Of a stretch of 64,000 bases of DNA, positions 56,244-64,000 are shown piece after piece; the stretch's first letter is position 1, and each line of letters opens with the position of its first letter. The notes beneath the pieces were generated by a model, which saw nothing but the letters and a program-made list of their open reading frames with translations, was not told where the DNA came from and did no database searches. A program made the translations under genes and the position numbers. The stretch is from an uncultured delta proteobacterium (GTDB lineage: Bacteria; Desulfobacterota; Desulfobacteria; Desulfobacterales; SG8-13): NCBI GenBank assembly GCA_963848135.1, contig CAWKCK010000003.1, forward strand, positions 1,054,001 through 1,118,000, in the 5' to 3' direction.

Positions 56244-57911
56244 TCATGAAGATTCCGGGGTAGAAGCAGTGATGATAGTGGCGATTTTATTGTTCAGCCG
56301 TTCTTTGCGTGATGGGAAGATTGCCGCGCTGCGCCGTCTGGCCTGCTTCGATTCCTCTACGAAGTAATTCAGAAGGTCGATGTCATCCGACACCTTCTGC
56401 CGGCTTTTCTGGCGCTTTCAATTCTGGCCAGAGCCGCCAGGATGCCGTACATGCGAAGGCTGAGGTCGGTTATGCGCCGGAGCAAGAACTCTTTACGGAA
56501 GATTTTCTTCCCATAAAGAAACAGCCCGGCATGCACGAGGAGGTTAATTCGTCCGGGCGTTGGTGCGCGCGACCCCGACAGCCCGGTCCATATCCGCTTG
56601 ATTGAAACGCAGCTGCCAGCGCATGCGCTTGAAAGCATTTTGGAGAAGGTAGATGGCTGATTTGATTTTGTTGCCGGACAGCCCTTGCAGTTCTTTGGCC
56701 AAACGGCGGATAATGAATAGGGCCGGGTAGATGGAGTGAATTTCAGTTGTGCCTTCGAAGATGGTGGTCACCCTGAAGTCTCGCATGCGCATCTCGTACG
56801 GCAGGGTCGCCAGGTAACCGGCGCCGCCGGCGACCTGGAGAGCATCATAGAGGGTGTTCCAGGCGCGGGTGGTGCCGAAAAGTTTGCTGTGGGAGCTTTC
56901 GATCGCCACGACCGCCAGAGGATCGGTGGCAAGCATACTGGCGGTAAAGGCCGTGATGGCCGAAGCGATGTAGCCGTTGACCCTGGCGTGTACCAGCATT
57001 TCCTGGATCAGTTCAAAGCGGTTGATGGGAACATTGAACTGGGTTCGAGAAGCGGTTCTTTTTTTCATGTCTGCCAGCGACTGGTCCATCATTCCCGATG
57101 AACCGGCGCCGAGGGCCAGCCGGCCGTAGTTGAGAATGGTCATCGCGATTTTAAAACCATCGCCCGGTAGACCCAGAAGGTTATCAACCGGAACCTTGAC
57201 GTTATTGAATTGGATGGCCGCTGTTGAGCTGGCTTTCAGACCCATCTTGGGCATATCCTTACCGATTTTCACACCCTTCCAGCCGGTTTCCACGACAAAT
57301 GCGCCCATGAAACCGGGCTCGTCCGGATTCATCTGGGCAAAAACCGTCAACCCCCCGGCATAGTTGGCATTGGTGATGTACGTCTTGCGACCGTTCAGGA
57401 TGTAGTGGCGCCCATCGGCAGACAGTGTTGCCGTGGTTTCGATATTTTGTGCATCCGACCCGCGATCCGGTTCGGTCAGGGCATAGGAGAAAATCATTTC
57501 GCCGGAAGCGGCCAGAGGCAGATACTTTTTTTTCTGAGCGTCGGTTCCGAATAGTACAATGCCTTTTATGCCGATAGACAGATGCGCCAGTGCCGTAAAG
57601 CCAAGGGACATGTTCTGGGAGACAATTTCTTCGACCACTTTCAGATATTGCCACAGGTTCAGTCCCACACCGCCGAACGCAACCGGTATATTGAGACCAA
57701 AGAAGCCGATCTGTTTGAGCCGATCCATGGCCTCCGGCGGGATGACGCCTTTTTCATCCAGATACGTTGCCGGGAATTCCCTTTGAACGTCGAGGAACCG
57801 TTGGATCAGCTGCCGGGTTTTATCGTCCGGTTCGATACCCCGGAATGCCCGCAACTGGTCAACATCAAGGTGGCCGGATAAGGCTTTCAACAGGAAACTT
57901 TCGTTGTTCAT
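56244..57911 (-). CDS. Long acyl-CoA dehydrogenase (ACAD9/VLCAD-like); frameshifts near 56560 and 56385
   Basis: YALTEP..GSDA, GRKTYITN, KMGLKAS, LNYGR, RDFRV.TIFEGTTEI. Confidence 0.88.
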
Positions 57912-58082
57912 GTCGCTCTCCGAATCGTCTGTAGTGGTCGATGAGGATATCATAATCAGGCGGGGATGATGTGTAAACATGGCAAAAATCTTTTGAAACC
58001 CCCCGAGATAAAAATTTTGGTTCTTCTCCGATTTCGTTGGTGTAAATTGATGCGAAGCTCATGCATGGATCCTATCGTTTTT

Positions 58083-58287
58083 AAATTGGCCGCCCGCTCA
58101 CTTCGCTCGCTCGACAGACGCTGACAGATACAGACTTTTGCCTCCGCGACCTGCGGAGGCAAAACAAGCAGTCGCTGCGCGAGGCCATCCGCTTTTCTGC
58201 CTGAAAGGCATGCTCCTTTTACCCGGGCAAGTCGCCCGGGTAAAAAGGGTTTGTCTGCGTTATGCCAGCATGCGTCTGCGGTTAATT
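58083..58287. repeat. Multi-hairpin REP/MITE-like element
   Basis: Ends AAATTGGCCGC / GCGGTTAATTT; hairpins TTTTGCCTCCGC/GCGGAGGCAAAA and TTTTACCCGGGC/GCCCGGGTAAAA. Confidence 0.65.
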
Positions 58288-58544
58288 TTTATATTTATTT
58301 TAATAATATGATGGGCCATTTACCCATAAAAAACACCAACTTCTTTGGAGATGATCCACTTTTTATACCGTGCAGGCAATTTTAAAGCAGATTGAAAACT
58401 CCCCGGCCCCTGATTCGAATCATATGAAAAATTCTGAGTACAGCGACCGGCAGCAAGGGGATTGCGAGGTTTGTCAACCAGTGCTATACAGGCATGAGCA
58501 GGATGAATCCGAGACCAGCGTTGTTCATCCGTTCCTTTTTGATC

Positions 58545-58570
58545 ATCCTAAAATTGTGCCAATTTAGGAT
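58545..58570. promoter_or_regulatory. Palindromic operator candidate
   Basis: ATCCTAAAATTG-TGC-CAATTTAGGAT, ~95 nt upstream of the XRE-cupin gene. Confidence 0.5.
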
Positions 58571-58664
58571 AAACCAACCTGCATCAACCCGGGCGACCGG
58601 TGAGGAGGGGCATTTTCAGCCTTGAACCTTACTTTGGTTCTTTCGTCGTCCCTGAGGAGGTCAC

Positions 58665-59216
58665 ATGCCAAGGAAGAAAGCAGTGAAATCGGAACCGGTG
58701 GGGAAAAAGATCAAACTGGCAAGAACTCAGAAAAAAATCACTTACGACCAACTGGCCAACGAAACCGGCTTTGCGGTCGATTATTTGAAAGATATCGAAG
58801 TTGGAAAGGAGATTCCCCCTGTCGGCGCCCTGCTGCAGATATCCCGGGCCCTTGAACTCGATTCCGGTTTTCTGCTGCGGGATCAGCAGGCCAACCTTAA
58901 AAGCCGCATCAAGGCATTCAGCAAGCGGACGGAGAATTACGCTTATACGACCCTGACACCGGGAGCGGAGAACAAGCATTTGAAAGCCTTCAAGGTCACC
59001 GTAGACTCCCTGCAGGATCACAAAGGCGTCGGCTATCAGCATGAAGGGGAGGAGTTTGTCTATGTGCTGAGCGGTCAGATGGAAATTGTCGTCGGTGACC
59101 ATGTCAATAAATTAAAGACCGGCGAATCCTTGCATTTCAATTCGGGCATTCGACACCAGATGCGCAATGTCGGCAAGAAAAAGGCGGAGTTGCTGGTCGT
59201 GTTATACGGCCCCTGA
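58665..59216 (+). CDS. XRE-HTH/cupin transcriptional regulator
   Basis: VGKKIK..R, LA..TG, IE.G; HEGEEFVYVLSG cupin; SD GAGGAGG. Confidence 0.92.
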   Translation: MPRKKAVKSEPVGKKIKLARTQKKITYDQLANETGFAVDYLKDIEVGKEIPPVGALLQISRALELDSGFLLRDQQANLKSRIKAFSKRTENYAYTTLTPGAENKHLKAFKVTVDSLQDHKGVGYQHEGEEFVYVLSGQMEIVVGDHVNKLKTGESLHFNSGIRHQMRNVGKKKAELLVVLYGP

Positions 59217-59224
59217 TAAGACAA

Positions 59225-59472
59225 CCTAAAATGAGCGTTTCAAATTTTAAATGGAGGGGGGAACTGCTTTATTTATAAGGAATTCTATCATCGTTTGATT
59301 TTAAAATTTGAAACCCCTTGGGATTGCCGATCTTTATCCGCCTCTGGAGGGTTGCCGCATCTACGGTGTCATATGCCGTCCCGCATAGCGGACTATAGCG
59401 GAACGACATCTTCCTTGTATCTGCGGCGACGTCACCAAAGGCGAGCAAGCCTCGACAATCGCTCAAATTAGG
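59225..59472. mobile_element. MITE-like element, family 1, copy B (longer)
   Basis: Same TIRs as 7396-7603; flanks GACAA / TACAA; two extra segments. Confidence 0.8.
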
Positions 59473-59751
59473 TACAAGTCATTTCAAAAAAATATCCGAG
59501 ACCCCATCCGCCAAAGGCGGACGAGTCAAGGTGTTGCGGCCCTCTTGGGTCAGTGTCAGGGGCAAGGGCCCCCTGACATTGAAAACATACAGAATGCATG
59601 TTCCGTCTTTTCATCGGCCCGCGCCTTGTCCTTGAAGCTTCAGCTATATTTTTGAGATGCCTTGGTGTTGCTTCCCATTTCGGAATTGGACCCGCGATCG
59701 CACCATCAGCGTTTCGTGAACGGATTAAAGCCACGCAGGAGGGTCAAGTCA

Positions 59752-60906
59752 ATGTCGATACAGTTAACCGATGAACAGTTGATGATTCAATCGATGGTCA
59801 GGGATTTTGCGCGCGAAGTCATTGCACCGACCGCTGGGGAGCGTGACAAAACAAAGGCGTTTCCCGCCGATAACCTGCGACAGCTTGCGGAACTCGGTTT
59901 CATGGGCATGATGGTACCGCCGGAATACGGGGGATCCGGAGCCGACACCATCAGCTATGTTCTGGCACTTTCGGAGGTGGCCTATGCGTGCGCATCGACG
60001 GCCGTCGTCATGTCGGTGCACAACTCCATTGTCTGCGAGAGCATCCTGCGATATGGCAATGAAGCCCAGAAAAAAGAGTGGCTTACGCGTTTGGCCACCG
60101 GTGAAATTCTCGGGGCCTTCGCGCTCACAGAGCCCCAGGCCGGATCCGATCCCGTGCGACAGAGCACCAAAGCCATCCGGGACGGTGATAGCTACATCCT
60201 GAACGGCACCAAACGTTTCATTACCACTGCCAGCAATGCCGGCCTGACAATCGTCACCACCAAGACCGACGAAGCGGCCCGACATCGAGGAATCACGGCT
60301 TTTCTTGTGCCGCAGGAGACTCCCGGGCTTTCCATCGGTCAGCTGGAGGACAAAATGGGGCTGCGGGCCTCTGATACGGCCGACCTGATTTTTGAGGACT
60401 GCCGGATACCGGTGGAGAACAGGCTCGGCAAGGAGGGGGAAGGCTTCAAGATCGCCATGACGGGTCTTGATGGCGGACGCATCGGTATTGCATCCCAATC
60501 GGTCGGGGTTGCCCAGGCAGCGCTGGATGCATCGATCGAATACATGAAACAGAGAGAGCAGTTTGGACAGGCCATATCCAAGTTTCAGGGCCTACGCTGG
60601 ATCGTCGCCGACATGGCCACCGAAATTGAGGCGGCCCGTCAGTTGATGCTTTCCGCGGCGGCGATGAAAGACCGGGGTATCAATTATACCCGGCAGGCAT
60701 CGATGGCCAAACTCTACGCCTCGGAAATGGTCAACCGCGTAACGGCCAAGGCCGTGCAGCTCCATGGCGGATACGGGTTTATCCGGGAGTATCCGGTTGA
60801 ACGAATGTACCGGGACGCGCGTGTATTTACAATCTACGAGGGCACCTCTGAAATCCAGAGGGTGGTTATTTCCAACCACCTCTTTCAGGATAAGCGGACC
60901 CCTTGA
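59752..60906 (+). CDS. Short-chain (butyryl-CoA-type) acyl-CoA dehydrogenase
   Basis: FALTEPQAGSD, GTKRFIT, KMGLRAS, REQFG, HGGYGF, IYEGTSEIQR. Confidence 0.92.
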   Translation: MSIQLTDEQLMIQSMVRDFAREVIAPTAGERDKTKAFPADNLRQLAELGFMGMMVPPEYGGSGADTISYVLALSEVAYACASTAVVMSVHNSIVCESILRYGNEAQKKEWLTRLATGEILGAFALTEPQAGSDPVRQSTKAIRDGDSYILNGTKRFITTASNAGLTIVTTKTDEAARHRGITAFLVPQETPGLSIGQLEDKMGLRASDTADLIFEDCRIPVENRLGKEGEGFKIAMTGLDGGRIGIASQSVGVAQAALDASIEYMKQREQFGQAISKFQGLRWIVADMATEIEAARQLMLSAAAMKDRGINYTRQASMAKLYASEMVNRVTAKAVQLHGGYGFIREYPVERMYRDARVFTIYEGTSEIQRVVISNHLFQDKRTP

Positions 60907-62812
60907 CTTCACACGCGAATGCTTTCCGGAAATAGGTACTGGCTTCTGTCAGCATCAACCATCTTTGCTGCATCGCCACATCGGCAAATCCGATGTGCAG
61001 ATATTCGTTCGCATATTCTTTAAACTGATCCTGCCAGGCCAACAGGTTCTCTGCCGGGCAGTCGGAATCCACAAGAATACCATCCAATCCGGATAGCTGT
61101 TGCAGATCGGATACTTCCGGAAGTTCCGGGTGCGCCCACCAATTGACCTGCCGCTGCATATCACCACCGAAATGAACCGTTCGCTCAGGAGAAACCAGCG
61201 TAAACAGGGCGGCCCGGTTCCCGGGCTCCGAAAACAAATAACGCTGTTCGAGATCCAAAAAATGCGGCCGCTCTAACTTCATGGCGCCCAGTAGCTCCTT
61301 TGTATCCGGTAACCGTTTGGGCGCGATGAAGATGATTTCCAGGGGGGTAAACGGGTTGGCTGCCGTGAGGATTTCAAGCGCCCTTGCGGTGTAGGTCGGA
61401 TCTTCCAGGTCTTCTCCGATATAGATCTGGTAGGGATGGGTTAGATGGTCAGCCAGAGTTTGCAGCCTATGAAGCGATCGCGGCGTCAGCAGGATAACCT
61501 TGGCGACATAGGTGCCGTTACCGATGGTCACATGGTGATCCGGGGACGGACGTCCTCTTGGATGGCAGGTGCCGCGCCAGGCAATGTCGAGGCCCGGCAT
61601 CGGGTAGAGGCAGACGTCGAAGCGTGTCTCGGCATAGTCGAAGGCCAGGAGCAGGTCGTCGCGGGTGAATCCCGGTGTCGAAATGACAGAATAGGGAGGT
61701 TCCGGGTCGTACTGCAGGCCGAGGGCTTTGCTATTGGCTCTGAAATCGGTACCCGGCAGGACAGCCAGAGGAAAGACTTGAACGTCTGCGTGCAGACCGT
61801 TGTCGGCCACGAAATCGACCGAACGCCTGAAACCGTTAAGGTCATCGCCCGGCAGACCGGCAATCAGGTCGATTTCGGGGGTGATGTGGCGTTCTTTGAG
61901 TAGTGAAACGCCCGCCAAAAAACGTTTGAGGTCGGTGGGACGGTTCATCAGGCGCAGGGCTTCGGGGGTGGTTGACTGCAGTCCGGCTTCAAACCAGGTA
62001 AAACCCGCGGCTGCAAAAAGATCGGCCAGATGCCCTTCCAGCCGGTCGACCCTTATTTCACTGATCAGCGAAAGAACCCCGTTGTGATTGATGCCCTGTA
62101 TTTTCTCGAGCAGTGTCTTGAGACCGGGTCGGGCATTAATGGTCGGATCGAGCAGGTAGAGTTCGGCTATTCCGTTTTCTGCCGCCCATCTCACGGTTTC
62201 CAGCAGCAGGTGTTCGTCCTTGAAAGTTAGGTGGTCGCGGGATTTACTGTAGTAACAGTAGCCGCAATGAAAAGGGCAGCCACGCTGAGTCTCAAGCAAG
62301 ACCATGTTTTCGATTTCCGGCTCCAGCAGCCCCGCGATATAGGGGCTGGGGCTGGATCTGAAAACCGGTCCGGCACTGTTGGAAGCGGTTTTTTCAGTCC
62401 AGAGACCGGGATCCGCCATCAATCGGCGGAAGGTGGTTTCGCCTTCACCGAATGCAAGAAAATCGACTGCCGCCGATCGCACCAGCACGTTGTCAGGGGT
62501 GACTTCCGGGCCGCCAAAAATAATCCGGCACGGCAGGACCTCTTTTATCTTTTCAGCCAGAAAAAGCGAGCGCTTTAGGTTCCAGCAATAGACTGAAAAT
62601 CCGACCACATCCGGTTGCCGGGCGCGTATCTGTTCCAGCAGCGCCCCATCGCCCAGGTACGATACTGTGCTTTCGGGCAACATCGTCACCTCTGCACCGG
62701 GAATATCGGACGCAGACTGCTTCAGGCAAGCGGCACCCAAAGGAATGTTGCCCGTCTGTTTGCCGTAATTCAGCTGGGGAATGGGAAGCTGCAGCAGAAG
62801 TGCGCGGGTCAT
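60866..62812 (-). CDS. B12-binding radical SAM protein with C-terminal extension
   Basis: PLGAACL, GFSVYCWN, GGPEV, GEGE; ETQRGCPFHCGYC. Confidence 0.9.
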   Translation of the reverse strand: MTRALLLQLPIPQLNYGKQTGNIPLGAACLKQSASDIPGAEVTMLPESTVSYLGDGALLEQIRARQPDVVGFSVYCWNLKRSLFLAEKIKEVLPCRIIFGGPEVTPDNVLVRSAAVDFLAFGEGETTFRRLMADPGLWTEKTASNSAGPVFRSSPSPYIAGLLEPEIENMVLLETQRGCPFHCGYCYYSKSRDHLTFKDEHLLLETVRWAAENGIAELYLLDPTINARPGLKTLLEKIQGINHNGVLSLISEIRVDRLEGHLADLFAAAGFTWFEAGLQSTTPEALRLMNRPTDLKRFLAGVSLLKERHITPEIDLIAGLPGDDLNGFRRSVDFVADNGLHADVQVFPLAVLPGTDFRANSKALGLQYDPEPPYSVISTPGFTRDDLLLAFDYAETRFDVCLYPMPGLDIAWRGTCHPRGRPSPDHHVTIGNGTYVAKVILLTPRSLHRLQTLADHLTHPYQIYIGEDLEDPTYTARALEILTAANPFTPLEIIFIAPKRLPDTKELLGAMKLERPHFLDLEQRYLFSEPGNRAALFTLVSPERTVHFGGDMQRQVNWWAHPELPEVSDLQQLSGLDGILVDSDCPAENLLAWQDQFKEYANEYLHIGFADVAMQQRWLMLTEASTYFRKAFACEVKGSAYPERGGWK

Positions 62813-62831
62813 TTTCACGTGTATTGCCGTG

Positions 62832-62857
62832 GGATCACCTCGAACCGAGGTGGTACC
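62832..62857 (-). promoter_or_regulatory. Candidate bacterial SECIS element
   Basis: CACCUC-GGUUC-GAGGUG hairpin; loop G lies 21 nt 3' of the FmdB UGA. Confidence 0.5.
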
Positions 62858-62866
62858 TTAAATCGC

Positions 62867-63073
62867 TCACCCGGAGGGCTTACAGGCTTGCTTGGCGTCG
62901 AAACCACCTGAGCCTTTGGCGATGCCGCTGGCGCGGAAACAGCCGGCTGACATGAGTTTTTCAACGTCGGGGCAGGCACATTCGGGGCATTTCGGGGCAG
63001 ACTCCCTGGGGGACAGGGCCAGGTATTCAAAGCAATGGCAGCAGCCCTTACACTGGTATTCATAGATCGGCAT
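62867..63073 (-). CDS. FmdB-family zinc-ribbon protein (may extend to 62858 as a selenoprotein)
   Basis: MPIYEYQCxxC...CPEC...VEKLMS; SD GGAGAGG. Confidence 0.88.
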   Translation of the reverse strand: MPIYEYQCKGCCHCFEYLALSPRESAPKCPECACPDVEKLMSAGCFRASGIAKGSGGFDAKQACKPSG

Positions 63074-63184
63074 GCGAATCCTCTCCAAATTCAAGTCCCA
63101 TCAATGGGATGATATCCGGCGAATTAATCCGCCTCTTCGTCAAGCGTGTTTTTTAGTGGAATAATATTCATTCGAAATGCGGGT

Positions 63185-63601
63185 TCAAGGTTTCCAGCGG
63201 ACAGGTAGACGAATCCCGGCGTTTTTTTTCCGTCCGGGTCGCTCCTTTTCGTGCGCGTCCATTTTCTCCCGCCAGCGATAGAGCGCTTCCCAGACTTGAT
63301 AATAGGCATCCCGTCGCAATTCATCGCTCCCGGAAACGACATTCTTTTTCACGGAGGTATAATCCACCTGGAGCGCGCTATCTGCAAGATAGGCTGACCA
63401 GGCCTGTTTGGTAATCTTGAGTCGATAGCGGTAGGCGCGGCCCTCTCCTTTTATAATTTGACTTTCATCGCAATAGCCGCTCAATTTTTTTGCCAGGTTG
63501 CAAATATCCTCTTTGCACTGGCACCGAACCGCAAGTTCGTCACCGCGGCAATCCTTGTCCCAAACGACGGAGAAAAATCCTTCTCGGGTGAATACCCACA
63601 T
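63185..63601 (-). CDS. Conserved hypothetical protein
   Basis: MWVFT..GFFSVV, Y.YR, DY...K, Y.QVW; SD AGGGGG. Confidence 0.7.
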   Translation of the reverse strand: MWVFTREGFFSVVWDKDCRGDELAVRCQCKEDICNLAKKLSGYCDESQIIKGEGRAYRYRLKITKQAWSAYLADSALQVDYTSVKKNVVSGSDELRRDAYYQVWEALYRWREKMDAHEKERPGRKKNAGIRLPVRWKP

Positions 63602-63867
63602 TTATATGTCCCCTGCTGGTAACCGAACCCGGTGGCGCTAAAATCATCCGAATAGAGATTCGTGGCCGTTGAAGAACAATACAACGCCCCCATTCCACCC
63701 GGTTGTGTCATTGCTTAGAACCGGTTAACGGTCCAACCATTCGATGTTTGGTTGAAAAATTGTCATTTTCGACTTATGCTATAGCACAAAGCATCCTGCG
63801 AAAACAATTGTAGGTTCGAAATTACGGGCAGCGCCATGATTTGCGAATCCGCGCTGAACATTCCACC

Positions 63868-63887
63868 AGCCCGAAACGGGCTTTTTT
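63868..63887 (+). terminator. Intrinsic terminator in a 5' leader
   Basis: AGCCCG-AAA-CGGGCT followed by T5, just before SD AAAGGA. Confidence 0.6.
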
Positions 63888-63905
63888 AATTGAAAGGAAA
63901 ACATC

Positions 63906-64000
63906 ATGATTTCAGTGAACCGCCGGCATGTGGTGGCGACCTTTATGACGGTTTACCTGCTGGTGACCGCCGGACTTGCCGTGGCGCAGAAGACACCTTC
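63906..64000 (+). CDS. N-terminus of an exported protein (cut by window end)
   Basis: SD AAAGGA; MISVNRRHVVATFMTVYLLVTAGLAVAQ signal-peptide-like. Confidence 0.65.
   Translation, partial: MISVNRRHVVATFMTVYLLVTAGLAVAQKTP

Overview
A 64 kb bacterial chromosomal window. Gene content and repeat style suggest a sulfate-reducing Desulfobacterales-like deltaproteobacterium (inference). It holds about 50 genes. 0.1-27.6 kb: iron/oxidative-stress genes (ferritin, ferritin-like protein, yaaA), an ATP-grasp plus esterase pair, a c-di-GMP-I riboswitch ahead of a DUF2726/Zn-ribbon gene, amn, GH63 plus glucose dehydrogenase, and a BaeSR-like system. 27.9-38.2 kb: a garbled cyclase gene, an SMR transporter, an MhqR-type quinone-detox module, an MscS-family channel and a hidden Doc/Fic gene. 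38.2-55.3 kb: a signalling/ion-transport module with a histidine kinase, five receiver-domain proteins, ClC-CBS, a DASS permease, a sigma-54 activator with its promoter, a CsoSCA-like carbonic anhydrase, a DacA-YbbR diadenylate cyclase, an RCK K+ channel and an MgtE remnant. 55.3-64 kb: RluA, two acyl-CoA dehydrogenases, and a B12 radical SAM gene preceded by an FmdB Zn-ribbon gene whose UGA is followed by a SECIS-like hairpin. Non-coding highlights are three MITE-like hairpin families with terminal inverted repeats and target-site duplications, a ~296-nt rod-like foldback, and a candidate attenuator. Many single-base frameshifts, a 192-nt poly-A run and a C-depleted tract point to low-coverage long-read errors, so pseudogene calls are unsafe. 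All product calls come from motif recognition; no searches were run.
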